Of a stretch of DNA of 64,000 nucleotides, positions 31,922 through 43,973 are shown in pieces (the stretch's first letter is position 1; every line of letters begins with the position of its first letter). Origin of the DNA: an uncultured delta proteobacterium (GTDB lineage: Bacteria; Desulfobacterota; Binatia; UBA9968). The stretch spans positions 64,001 to 128,000 of the forward strand of contig CAVTUQ010000037.1 of assembly GCA_963737905.1 (NCBI GenBank), given 5' to 3'. The notes under the pieces were generated by a model, which saw nothing but the letters and a program-made list of their open reading frames with translations, was not told the origin of the DNA and searched no databases. A program made the translations under genes and the position numbers.

Positions 31922-32908
31922 TTATCGGATGACTCTATCCGCCTTCTTCAGTACGTCAGGCGGGACGGTGAGGCCAATCGCATTTGCCGTTCTGAAGTTG
32001 ATGACCAAATCAAATTTTATAGCCGGTTCCACCGGAAGATTCTCCGGTTTTTGACCCTTCAGTATCTTGTCTACAAGGCCGGCGGCCTGGCGACCCATCT
32101 GGTAGTTGCTTGGGCCATAGGCGGCAAGCGCCCCTTTGATGGCCCACACCTCTTCGGTAAACATGGTGACTAGCTTCTTTCGCCTTGCCGCCTGAAAGAT
32201 AAAATCCGCTTCGCTGCTGACCAAATTATCTGGAATCTGAAAAAGTGCGTCGCCTGCTTCGTTCTGAAGATTACTTAAGGATGTCCTCAATTCCTCGGCT
32301 GACTTGGTGCCGTGCTCCACCACTTCGAGTCCAAGCTTTTCCGCTGACTTCTTCGTAAAAGCAAAATTGTCGCGCGAAAATTTATCATTCAGGTCATAAA
32401 AGATGTGCAGCCGGCGGACTCCTGGGACAACTTGCCGCAGAGTTTCCAGCCTCTTTCCGGTCATTTCCAAGCCAAAGCCAGCCACGCCGGTGACATTCCC
32501 TCCAGGCCGCGTGTTGCTCTTGACCAAACCCACCGTCTGTGGGTCACCCGGGTAACGGAAAATAATAGGTATGTCACTCGTTTCGGCCATGGCAACCTGA
32601 GTGGCCCTGGTCCCAGTCGTAAAGATCACGTCGACCTTTTTGTTTACAAGCTCATTGGCCATGGGTTTTAGAGCTGCCCGGTCGCCCTTGGCATCTCGCA
32701 TTTCCACGATAATGTTTTCTCTTTCTTTGTACCCCAACTCTTTGAGCCCGTCCCGCAGTCCCTTGACGCTCTGAGTCTCCGGTCGTCCAGATTCCGGGAT
32801 GAGAAGACCGATGCGGGACAGGCGTGGGGTTTCCCCAGCTTCGATTGCGGATGAGCCGAGCAGGTAAAGAACCATTGCTGAAAGAATCACTGCCAATCTC
32901 CCGATCAT
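31922..32908 (-). CDS. ABC transporter substrate-binding protein (ABC_sub_bind type)
   Basis: DPQTVGLVKS..RPGGNVTG, GALAAYG, DKILKGQKPENLPVE, LVINFRTA. Confidence 0.88.
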   Translation of the reverse strand: MIGRLAVILSAMVLYLLGSSAIEAGETPRLSRIGLLIPESGRPETQSVKGLRDGLKELGYKERENIIVEMRDAKGDRAALKPMANELVNKKVDVIFTTGTRATQVAMAETSDIPIIFRYPGDPQTVGLVKSNTRPGGNVTGVAGFGLEMTGKRLETLRQVVPGVRRLHIFYDLNDKFSRDNFAFTKKSAEKLGLEVVEHGTKSAEELRTSLSNLQNEAGDALFQIPDNLVSSEADFIFQAARRKKLVTMFTEEVWAIKGALAAYGPSNYQMGRQAAGLVDKILKGQKPENLPVEPAIKFDLVINFRTANAIGLTVPPDVLKKADRVIR

Positions 32909-33147
32909 GCGGGTTCTCCTATCTAATCTACGCTAAAAATGGGAGGTCCTTCTTTGGAGCATCCATTACCTCTTTTTCACAGTTTCCGCCACAAAAAAAC
33001 ACTGTCCTTTGGCTTCGCTTCCCTTTACAATTCAGTCTGAGTCTAATATCTCTTTGGGGCGCTCGCCAGGAACCGGGACCAACTGAGTCGTCGTTTGTCC
33101 TTGTAAGTAACAGGGGCTGTAAATTCACGGGCGGAAGGAGGAGAGCG

Positions 33148-33918
33148 GTGAAATTTCGCGTTCTGGGTTGCTCTGGAGGACAACTTCCCGGCTATAATCT
33201 GTCGTCGTTTCTTATCGATGATTCGCTGCTCATTGATGCCGGCTCCACCACCGCGGCGTTGACTCTCCCAGCGCAACAGAAAATCAGAAATATATTGGTT
33301 ACTCACATCCATCTCGATCACGTGATGGCGCTTGGCACCTTGGCTGACAATCTCTACGGCAAATGCAAAGTTCCCATCAAGATTTGGAGCGTGGGTCGAA
33401 TCATCGATGGATTAGCCAAGTCCTTTTTCAACAATCAGGTGTGGCCAGACTTTACGCGCATTACCGGCCCAACCCAACGAGTTCCTGTGCTGAGACTTCG
33501 CCGCTTGCCTGAAGGTAAAGCCACGAAAGTTGGCCACCATGCCATCACGGCTATCGGCGTCGATCATGTGGTTCCTACCATTGCTCTTTTCGTCGAAGCC
33601 AAGAACACGAGTTTGCTCCATGTCGGCGATACCGGACCTACGGAAAACGTTTGGTCCTTCGCCCGTAAGCATAAAAATCTCGGCTCGCTTGTGATAGAGA
33701 CTTCTTTCCCGAACCGTCTCCAGGACGTTGCCGACATGAGTTGCCACTTGACACCTCAAACTTTGGCCCAGGAGCTCGACAAGCTCGCGGTGAATTCACC
33801 GCAAATTTTAATTACTCACCTTAAACCTGAGTTCCGCCGGGAGATCATCGCAGAGCTGCACAAGCTCAAAGACCGCCGTCTGCGCATCCTGCGGGATGGC
33901 GACGTGTTGCGGCTTTAG
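33148..33918 (+). CDS. Class II 3',5'-cyclic-nucleotide phosphodiesterase (metallo-beta-lactamase fold)
   Basis: VLGCSGG, LIDAG, THIHLDH, GDTGP, ETSFPN, HLTP, THLKP; AGGAGGAG RBS before GTG 33148. Confidence 0.85.
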   Translation: MKFRVLGCSGGQLPGYNLSSFLIDDSLLIDAGSTTAALTLPAQQKIRNILVTHIHLDHVMALGTLADNLYGKCKVPIKIWSVGRIIDGLAKSFFNNQVWPDFTRITGPTQRVPVLRLRRLPEGKATKVGHHAITAIGVDHVVPTIALFVEAKNTSLLHVGDTGPTENVWSFARKHKNLGSLVIETSFPNRLQDVADMSCHLTPQTLAQELDKLAVNSPQILITHLKPEFRREIIAELHKLKDRRLRILRDGDVLRL

Positions 33919-33973
33919 CAGGGCTCACTCTTGAGGTGTTGTAGCGCCCTTCTTTGGTCACTATGATGGGTCT

Positions 33974-35146
33974 ATGATGCCCGCCGACAAAGCGCCCTTT
34001 TCCCTGTACGTTCATATCCCCTATTGCGTGAGCAAGTGTCCCTACTGCGATTTCAATTCCCACGTCGTCCCGGACATCCCGGAACGAAGTTATACTGCAG
34101 CATTGATTCAAGAATTGCATCACTATGCCCGTAAGGATGATTGGCGGGGCAGAACCATCCGAACGATCTTCTTCGGCGGCGGCACGCCGTCGACTTTTCA
34201 GCCAGCGAGCATCGCGCGCATTCTCGAGAGCGCGGCGGGGTTGTTTCCTGTCGACTCTATCTGTGAAATTACCTTGGAAGCAAACCCGGGAACCGTGGAG
34301 AGCGCCAACTTTGCCGGTTACCGCGCCTGCGGCGTGAATCGTATCAGCCTCGGCGTGCAGTCTTTCCAGCCTCGCCTGCTCAAGTTTCTCGGTAGAGTTC
34401 ACTCCGCCGATGAAGCGGTGAAAGCATTGCAAGTCATCGGCGACGCGGGATTCAAAAACTTCAGTCTCGACATGATCTACGCCAACCCGGGCCAGACCTT
34501 GCGAGATCTCGAAAACGACCTGGACACGGCCCTCAAGTTTCAGTCGCCCCATGTCTCGGCCTACAACCTCACCATCGAAGAAGGGACTCCCTTCCACCAC
34601 GATTATCGCAATGGGCGGATTAGACTCTTAAGCGAAGAAGAGGAAATCGCGATGGCGGAGCTGATAGAACAACGGCTTAGCGCCGCCGGGTTGCACCGCT
34701 ACGAGATTTCCAATTACGCGCGACCTGGTTTTCATTCCCGGCACAACGTCAACTATTGGCAGAGCGGTGATTATCTCGGAATCGGTGCCGGCGCGCATAG
34801 CTACATGAGTGTTTGGAGTGATGAAATTTACGGACGACGGTGGTGGAATGAGAAAAATCCGGCTCGCTATATAAGCATGATCAACAAAAGTTCACAGGCC
34901 GCGACCGACCTAGAAGAAAGTGATCTGACCAGAGCTATGGGAGAGTATATGTTTTCCGGCCTAAGACTCATCGACGGAATATGCCTTGACGCGTTTGCCA
35001 TCCGGTTCGGCAAAAACGCCGTGGAGCTATACCCGCAAATCTCAGGCTGGGTCAGCGAAGGACTGATGGAAACTGACGGCAACCAGCTTCGGCTCACGCC
35101 CCGGGGCATTTTGGTCGCCAACTCCATATTCGTGCATTTTGTCTAG
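33974..35146 (+). CDS. hemW: Radical SAM heme chaperone
   Basis: YVHIPYCVSKCPYCDFNS, FFGGGTPS, YEISNY, HNVNYW. Confidence 0.92.
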   Translation: MMPADKAPFSLYVHIPYCVSKCPYCDFNSHVVPDIPERSYTAALIQELHHYARKDDWRGRTIRTIFFGGGTPSTFQPASIARILESAAGLFPVDSICEITLEANPGTVESANFAGYRACGVNRISLGVQSFQPRLLKFLGRVHSADEAVKALQVIGDAGFKNFSLDMIYANPGQTLRDLENDLDTALKFQSPHVSAYNLTIEEGTPFHHDYRNGRIRLLSEEEEIAMAELIEQRLSAAGLHRYEISNYARPGFHSRHNVNYWQSGDYLGIGAGAHSYMSVWSDEIYGRRWWNEKNPARYISMINKSSQAATDLEESDLTRAMGEYMFSGLRLIDGICLDAFAIRFGKNAVELYPQISGWVSEGLMETDGNQLRLTPRGILVANSIFVHFV

Positions 35147-35160
35147 CAACGCTCAATACA

Positions 35161-36360
35161 ATGGAGGCAAGTTTGATGAATTCATCGTCAGCGGAAGATT
35201 TGAAACGACTTCGCATCGATCATATCGGCAGCCTCGTTCGACCTGAAAGATTGAAAGAAGCGTTCGCCCGCTTCGATCGCGGGCGGCTTAGTCACGAACA
35301 ATTGCGCCTTGCCCAGGACGAGGCGATCCGTGAAGTGATCGTCGGACAGGAAGCGCATAAGCTTCCGGTTGTGACGGATGGCGAGTTTCGCCGACATAGT
35401 TTTCAGGAAAGTTTTTCCGAGGCGGTTTCAGGTTTCGACGTGCCGAAAGGTGTGGGTGTCTATTACGAGCAGCGGCAGCTCAACCTGAACCCGCTAGAAC
35501 GAGCGGAGCAGAACTTTGACGAGAGGGGACCGGCGATCGTTACTCGACGGCCCGCCGTTGAGCGGCTGAAGCTCGTTAGAAATATTCCTCTGGACGAGTT
35601 TCGCTTCGCCCAAAGCATCGCGCAGAAACCGGTGAAAGTCACTCTCATCGGCCCCGACCGCATCGCCCAGCGATTCAAGTGGGAATCATCAAAGGGCGTC
35701 TACAAGGACTTGGACGACTTCGTCGCCGATGTCGTTGCCATCGAGCGTCGAATGATTGGGGAGCTGGTGGAAGCCGGTTGCAAGTACATCCAGATCGATG
35801 CTCCCGGTTATACGGCCTACGTCGATCAGGTTTCCCTTGACCGAATGCGTTCGCGCGGCGAAGATCCTGAGCGAAATCTCCAACGTTCCGTCGACGCCGA
35901 TAACGCTCTCATTGAAGGTTTTGCCGATGTGACGTTCGGCATTCATATCTGCCGCGGCAACGCGCGCACCATCGATCCCAAGACCGGCAAGCTCGTTCCG
36001 CAATGGCACCGCGTGGGCCACTACGACGCCATCGCCGAGCGGCTTTTCACAAGCCTCAAGCATCATCGGTTATTGCTGGAATATGACAGCGAACGGGCCG
36101 GGGGCTTTGAACCGCTGAAATTCGTGCCCAAAGATAAAGTGGTCGCTCTCGGTTTGGTCACGACCAAAAGCTCCGAGCTTGAATCGCTCGACAAACTCAA
36201 GCGGCGAATCGATCAAGCCTCTCGCTACGTCCCCCTCGATCAGCTCGCACTGAGCCCCCAGTGCGGCTTCGGCGGCATCGATTCCAAGATGATGAGCGAG
36301 GACGAAATGTGGTGGAAATTCGATCGAATCGTGGAGGCAGCGGAACAAGTCTGGGGCTAG
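35161..36360 (+). CDS. Cobalamin-independent methionine synthase II family (single barrel)
   Basis: HIGSLVRP, TDGEFRR, HICRGN, LEYD, SPQCGF (Zn ligands). Confidence 0.85.
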   Translation: MEASLMNSSSAEDLKRLRIDHIGSLVRPERLKEAFARFDRGRLSHEQLRLAQDEAIREVIVGQEAHKLPVVTDGEFRRHSFQESFSEAVSGFDVPKGVGVYYEQRQLNLNPLERAEQNFDERGPAIVTRRPAVERLKLVRNIPLDEFRFAQSIAQKPVKVTLIGPDRIAQRFKWESSKGVYKDLDDFVADVVAIERRMIGELVEAGCKYIQIDAPGYTAYVDQVSLDRMRSRGEDPERNLQRSVDADNALIEGFADVTFGIHICRGNARTIDPKTGKLVPQWHRVGHYDAIAERLFTSLKHHRLLLEYDSERAGGFEPLKFVPKDKVVALGLVTTKSSELESLDKLKRRIDQASRYVPLDQLALSPQCGFGGIDSKMMSEDEMWWKFDRIVEAAEQVWG

Positions 36361-36361
36361 C

Positions 36362-36649
36362 TTAGTGGCTTTCTTCCGGTTGCAGTGAACTCAGCCATTC
36401 TTCATGCACGTCGACCCAAATCGAATCTTGATCGTGGCAAGTCGATACTTCGCTCAAGTCGAATCTGACCGTGTATAGTGGGTTATGAATACCACGGTGG
36501 TCTCTGATGTTTTCCAAAACCCCATGGACGAAACCGATGACGCCGCGCTTGCCCCTGATGTAGCGAGGCGTGCGCGGGTTACCGGTGGGATTTTCGGCCG
36601 CAACCAGTACAGCGTCGCCGATCTTATATTTGCTGTTGGGGAGTTCCAT
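36362..36649 (-). CDS. Nitrile hydratase beta C-terminal SH3-like subunit (thiocyanate hydrolase alpha-like)
   Basis: YKIGDAV, PRTPRYIRGKRG, LYTVRF, VDVHEEWL. Confidence 0.85.
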   Translation of the reverse strand: MELPNSKYKIGDAVLVAAENPTGNPRTPRYIRGKRGVIGFVHGVLENIRDHRGIHNPLYTVRFDLSEVSTCHDQDSIWVDVHEEWLSSLQPEESH

Positions 36650-36658
36650 AGTATTCTC

Positions 36659-37732
36659 TCAATCCGGCCTCATTCTGGGGGCTTCCTGTGTCGCTCCTAA
36701 TTTCTCCGCTTCTTTCTGCTGCGAAGGTTCCAGTGCGTAGCCGGCGCCGATCAAACTATCGACAGTGACGAGCTTGGCTAATTCTTCTTGCGACAATCCC
36801 TCCGTACCCACGGGACGTTGGGGTAGAACAAAATACCGAATATCGGAAGTGCTATCATACACTTGAACTTCTTTAGTGCCGGGAATATCCAGCCCGAACA
36901 TATCCCGCACGCAGGCGCGGGGATTTTGTACGATCTTCGTTCGGTAGCTCTCGTGCTTGTACCACCACGGCGTATCGCCAAGAATGTCGTAGGGATAACA
37001 GGAGCACAACGTACAAACGATGACGTTGTGAACCTGGTCGGTATTCTCCACCACTACCAACTTGCCGACTTTCCCCTGGTGCACGCCCATCTCTCGGAGC
37101 GCCTCGCGGCCGGTCGACAGCAACGCCTGCTTGAACGCCGGATCCGTCCACGCTTTGGCGACGATCACTCCGCCGGCCCACGGGCGTTCCTCATGGAGCT
37201 CCTGCCAACGCTGCTGCAACTGCTCGCGCGTAGACCAACCCCGCGTGATAAGCGCTTGGACAAATACCTCAAGCAGATCTTGGTAATCTTTCAAATCCTG
37301 CTCCACGTTCACCATGCGTTCTTCGAGAGTGCCGTGGTGTTCCTTCTTCTTGATTTTAAAAAAGTCGTCGTAATCGCCGCGCTCCTTCCGGTTGTCTTCG
37401 GTTACCATGTCCATAGCTTCGACGGCGCGGGCAGACACCAACGCGATGCCCTTCACGTATTCATCGAGCCATTCTTCCAGATGGCGCACCCGCGCTTCGA
37501 TGTTCTTGCCCTGTGGTTTTTTCAGCTTGAAGAATTGGTTGCTGCGACTGAGCGCTACCCTTGCTTTTAGCAAATCGTAGAAGGTCACAACCCCGCGACG
37601 AATCAAATAAATGATGCGCGGCTCAAACCGTTTGGCCCGGTAATATTCCAGGTCCTCTTCGACGGCCCGAATATGAGCCTCGATGTCATGCATGTGTCCC
37701 TCAAAGGGTTTGTGGTCATGTTTCCCTGACAT
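36659..37732 (-). CDS. Co-type nitrile hydratase alpha / thiocyanate hydrolase gamma-like subunit with a long helical N-terminal extension
   Basis: VAKAWTDPAFK, VCTLCSCYP, DSTSDIRYFVLPQRP, LVTVDSLIG. Confidence 0.88.
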   Translation of the reverse strand: MSGKHDHKPFEGHMHDIEAHIRAVEEDLEYYRAKRFEPRIIYLIRRGVVTFYDLLKARVALSRSNQFFKLKKPQGKNIEARVRHLEEWLDEYVKGIALVSARAVEAMDMVTEDNRKERGDYDDFFKIKKKEHHGTLEERMVNVEQDLKDYQDLLEVFVQALITRGWSTREQLQQRWQELHEERPWAGGVIVAKAWTDPAFKQALLSTGREALREMGVHQGKVGKLVVVENTDQVHNVIVCTLCSCYPYDILGDTPWWYKHESYRTKIVQNPRACVRDMFGLDIPGTKEVQVYDSTSDIRYFVLPQRPVGTEGLSQEELAKLVTVDSLIGAGYALEPSQQKEAEKLGATQEAPRMRPD

Positions 37733-37767
37733 CGATTTCCTCCGAAATGATCCGCGAGCAGCCGGGA

Positions 37768-39483
37768 TCAGTGGGTATCGAACACTTCCTGGTATTGCTT
37801 CAGCTTTGCTTTGGTCGCTTCCGTTTCTGCTTCCGTCGGTTTATTGGGATCAACCGCCGGCGGTAGACTGCCCACCCTCATTAAGCAAGCCATAAGTAAC
37901 AAACGCGCTTTGGTTGCGGTGAGATTGCTCCCGGCAATCGCCAGCGGATCGCGGCTGGCATCGACGAAACCACTCGTGTTTCCCCTTGAAACTTTAACTA
38001 CCGGCATGCCGCTGAACGTCCCGCGCTTGAGCGCGGCATCCACGGAGTTGCTCATGGCGCCGAAGGGCGCCGAACCCTCGGCAACGAATCCGGCCAACGG
38101 CGCATCGATTAGATTCTTTTCAATGCGGGCGAGAATATCGACTTCTTCGTCCGCGTTGCCCGTTGTATCTTCCGGCAAATAACGCGCATGCTTGACGATC
38201 ATGACTTTCGGAATCGCCGTTGGCAGCAATTCTCCCGCATTATTTTTGATCGGCACCGTGATGGCAACGACCTTGGAACTTTGAAGCCTTGAACCTTGAA
38301 CCTCTATCGGCAGTCCCGCCGTATTTACGGATGAGTTGTAGGTATGCCGCTTGACCGTCTTAAACGAGAACTGTGGTAAACCGGGATGCCCTATTCTGCC
38401 GATGATGCCGCCATGGCCGCCCGTGGCGATGTAACCCCCGGGGCGCGCGTCGGCTTTTTGCACGTCCCGCGCGGTGAAAATCTGTTCGTCAAGGATCGCA
38501 ACTGCGCCGATACAGTCGCGCCCGCTTTCGTCGGCCCAAATGCGAGACGTGATGTAGTCCACGGAATCGACGATATTGCGATCTCCGTCATTGCCTACGG
38601 CCCCATGGGGCCGCTGCGATGAATTGCCAACGATCGGCACCTTCGTGTCGATCAGCAGGTTCAGCCAGTAAATCGTCTCTTCAACAAACGGGCTCCCCTC
38701 AAGCCATATCCCGCCCAGATACTTGCCGCTGCTAAGCGCACGCTGAACCACATTGGTCAGGCGCGCTAACGCGGCCATAGGAGGTTCTTTACGCAAGTAA
38801 CCCGGCCGGTACGGAAAGAAATCTACGCCGCGAACTTCCGGTGTGATGTCTCCATCGCCGACGTCGGTTCGTTCACCCGCGCTCCGACCTTTTGCGTAGC
38901 CGCCGGACGGCAGCGCACGGTAGAAATCGAATTCGGCTTTCGCCGTAAGCAGGCAACCGACGCCTTCGTCAGAGATGCCGAACCGATCGATCTCTTCAAA
39001 TAAACGCGCGCCATCCGGAAAGAACGGCACCCGGCAAAGTTCCGCCGGGGCGTTTTTTTCGGTGCCGTCCATCTCCCAGGGCTGACCGTTGGCTTGCCGC
39101 GCCATATAGGGCAACGGATACAGGCCGTCCTCCGGCTTCAGAGTTATTTCGTAGACGGGTTTGTCATTGGGACGGGTGCGCTCTTTGTGAAAAACGCCCC
39201 CGGAATCCAAATAGCCGTCGGGCAACGCGTAAAGCTCGGCGGCATCCCGTTCCAGCGGGTGAGCACTGAATTGTTCAACGTAAACCGTCACGGGTGCGGC
39301 CAAACGTTGCGCGCGCAACACGTCGTAGCGCATGGGCGAGCCGTCCGGACTCGTGCGCAATGGCAAGCCGCATTTTTCACGCGCCTTGTTGCTCGTGACA
39401 AGCGGCTCGCTGTTTTGAATTGTAGCGGTGGGCCCCGAAAAGACAGCGATGCGGGGTCTATCGCCAGTTCCTGATTCTGCCAC
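37768..39483 (-). CDS. Asparaginase/glutaminase-fold protein, divergent (571 aa)
   Basis: SGPTATIQN, EGSPFVEETIYWL, PIVGNSSQRP, NDGDRNI, RDVQK, NLTATKARLLLM. Confidence 0.75.
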   Translation of the reverse strand: MAESGTGDRPRIAVFSGPTATIQNSEPLVTSNKAREKCGLPLRTSPDGSPMRYDVLRAQRLAAPVTVYVEQFSAHPLERDAAELYALPDGYLDSGGVFHKERTRPNDKPVYEITLKPEDGLYPLPYMARQANGQPWEMDGTEKNAPAELCRVPFFPDGARLFEEIDRFGISDEGVGCLLTAKAEFDFYRALPSGGYAKGRSAGERTDVGDGDITPEVRGVDFFPYRPGYLRKEPPMAALARLTNVVQRALSSGKYLGGIWLEGSPFVEETIYWLNLLIDTKVPIVGNSSQRPHGAVGNDGDRNIVDSVDYITSRIWADESGRDCIGAVAILDEQIFTARDVQKADARPGGYIATGGHGGIIGRIGHPGLPQFSFKTVKRHTYNSSVNTAGLPIEVQGSRLQSSKVVAITVPIKNNAGELLPTAIPKVMIVKHARYLPEDTTGNADEEVDILARIEKNLIDAPLAGFVAEGSAPFGAMSNSVDAALKRGTFSGMPVVKVSRGNTSGFVDASRDPLAIAGSNLTATKARLLLMACLMRVGSLPPAVDPNKPTEAETEATKAKLKQYQEVFDTH

Positions 39484-39543
39484 GGTTACCTCAGAGGTTG
39501 GAAGTTCCTATAACGACGAACGAAAATCAGGTTTGTGACTTGC

Positions 39544-40119
39544 TTATTTCAATTCGTAGGGAATCTGCTCCGGACCGTAACCCTGCCAGTATTTTTTCGT
39601 CGCTGGATCGTATCGACCCTGCAGGAAGCCGCCGGCTTTTTCCGCCCGAACGATAATCGCCACGGTTCGCTCTTCTCCGCTCTCTTCCGCATGAATTTGA
39701 TACGGCGCAACCAGATCGACTTTGCCGGGCCCTACCTTCACATTTTCCGTCTGCCGTACATCGGCGAATTCGGGCCTTGATCGATCGTCCATGCGCTCGT
39801 AACGCTCGATGGTCTCGTGACCGTCGAGGACACCATACAGAGTCCAGTTGTGGGCATGATCGTGGATTTGGGTGCGTGACCCTGGATCTTTGATCAATCC
39901 GTTAATGACGAACTTGTAGTCGGGGTCTTCGTAGAAGAGTAGGTTTTGTGCTCGATCGCTTTGCCGGCAAGCAGGCCAACTTTTCGATTGCTCCTTGACC
40001 GCCGGGTCGGTGATCAGCTCCTGGAGCAGCGGCGTCATTTTCTCCCAGCGTTTCACGGCATCTTTTTCCTCGGCGTGAAGCTTGCGGGCGGAGGCGATAA
40101 ATGTTTGCACTGCATTCAT
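39544..40119 (-). CDS. Cysteine-dioxygenase-like cupin
   Basis: TQIHDHAHNW..YGVLDGHE...YER, QIHAE (putative 3-His metal site). Confidence 0.7.
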   Translation of the reverse strand: MNAVQTFIASARKLHAEEKDAVKRWEKMTPLLQELITDPAVKEQSKSWPACRQSDRAQNLLFYEDPDYKFVINGLIKDPGSRTQIHDHAHNWTLYGVLDGHETIERYERMDDRSRPEFADVRQTENVKVGPGKVDLVAPYQIHAEESGEERTVAIIVRAEKAGGFLQGRYDPATKKYWQGYGPEQIPYELK

Positions 40120-40218
40120 GGTGTCCTCCTTGTACGTTCAGACTTGATAGATCCTTCAGGACATTATTATTCCGGCGGCTAGCTCTAGGTCAAGCTGTCC
40201 TTTGGCGTTGATGAAAAC

Positions 40219-40258
40219 AAAAGGCCTCGGAAAGCATCCGGCCTTCCGAAGCCTTTTG
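40219..40258. terminator. Rho-independent terminator after ahcY
   Basis: aaaaggcctcggaa ... ttccgaagcctttt hairpin with flanking A/T tracts. Confidence 0.65.
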
Positions 40259-40280
40259 AAGAAAATTCTTGATGCGAAGG

Positions 40281-42754
<2,474 letters not shown>

Positions 42755-42820
42755 TGAAGTTACCTCCAGGGCGCTAAATGAATCAGTTTTCTATATCGGA
42801 TAAGAGAGGTCGATTCAACC

Positions 42821-43096
42821 TCACTCGTTTTCATTGAATTTCCTATCAATCAATTTTTCGATGGCCCGAACCACTCGTTCCGCTTCTTCGCCGGTCGCCT
42901 CGACTTGGATCTTGCTACCCTGCGCCGCAGCTAACGTCAATACTCCCATGATGCTCCGGCCGTCGGTTGTTTGACCGTCTTTGGAAAAAGTCACTTGGGC
43001 TCCGAATTTATTTACAGTTTGCACCAGCAAGGCCGCCGCTCGAGCATGGAGCCCGAGCTTGTTTTTGATCTCCAACTTCTTGATAACTTTGCTCAT
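42821..43096 (-). CDS. ptsH: HPr/NPr phosphocarrier protein
   Basis: GLHARAA, DGRSIMGVLTLAA. Confidence 0.93.
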   Translation of the reverse strand: MSKVIKKLEIKNKLGLHARAAALLVQTVNKFGAQVTFSKDGQTTDGRSIMGVLTLAAAQGSKIQVEATGEEAERVVRAIEKLIDRKFNENE

Positions 43097-43100
43097 TCCG

Positions 43101-43967
43101 CTATTTATCGATATCTCGGTGTTTGGCATGGACGGGGAATTTATCCTTGCTTAATCTTTTCTGCAGCTCCTCAACCAGGACAACAGAGCGATGTCGTCCC
43201 CCCGTACATCCCAAGGCAAGGGTCAAACTGCTTTTTCCCTCCCGTTCGTACAGAGGTAACGTAAACTCCAAAAGCGCCAGAAGCCGATCGAGAAATATCC
43301 GCGTCTCTTCGACTTTGAGGACATACTCTTTAACCTCGCGTTCCAGACCGCTTTTTGCTCTGAGTTCCTGGACGAAATGTGGATTGGGGAGGAATCGAGC
43401 ATCGAAAATGATATCGGTGTCGTGCGGAATGCCATACTTGTATCCGAAGGAGGTCAGAAACACAGTCATACGGCGGGAGTCTGAGATCTGGCAAAAATTC
43501 TCCTCCATCTCACTCTTCAGCTGGTGAACATTCAACTCACTCGTATCGATCACCTTATCCGCGAGTTCCCGCATGCCTTCCAACGCTTTACGCTCCCGCG
43601 TAATCCCCTCCTGAATCGATCCTTGACCCGCCTGGGGGTGCGGGCGCCGAGTCTCATTAAATCGGCGCAGCAATACCTCATCCGAGGCATCGAAGAAAAG
43701 GACTTGGACATGATGGCCAGCGGCGCGCATCTCAGTTAAGACTTCCGGCCAAGGTTGCAGGAACTGGCCGCCTCTTAAATCAACGCCGAGGGCGATCCGT
43801 TTGATCTCTTCTTGATACCCTTGGCAAAGATCAATGAATTTTGGGATCAACAGCGCGGGCAAGTTGTCGATGCAGAAGAAGCCGTTGTCTTCTAACGCGT
43901 GGATAGCACCGCTTTTCCCCGAACCGGAAAGGCCGGTGATGATGAAGATATCCAGACCATCGGCCAT
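43101..43967 (-). CDS. rapZ: RNase adapter RapZ
   Basis: TGLSGSGKS, ETRRPHP, SFGYKYG, GCTGGRHRSV, HRDI. Confidence 0.96.
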   Translation of the reverse strand: MADGLDIFIITGLSGSGKSGAIHALEDNGFFCIDNLPALLIPKFIDLCQGYQEEIKRIALGVDLRGGQFLQPWPEVLTEMRAAGHHVQVLFFDASDEVLLRRFNETRRPHPQAGQGSIQEGITRERKALEGMRELADKVIDTSELNVHQLKSEMEENFCQISDSRRMTVFLTSFGYKYGIPHDTDIIFDARFLPNPHFVQELRAKSGLEREVKEYVLKVEETRIFLDRLLALLEFTLPLYEREGKSSLTLALGCTGGRHRSVVLVEELQKRLSKDKFPVHAKHRDIDK

Positions 43968-43973
43968 AAGGGG

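Noticed and set aside
32824-33147. N-terminal extension of the phosphodiesterase ORF (similarly kdsA 50637-50810)
   Set aside because: The extensions overlap neighbouring genes; the family N-terminus begins at 33148 and 50636 respectively.
42755-42820. SAM riboswitch upstream of metK-ahcY
   Set aside because: Only 66 bp and no recognisable aptamer.
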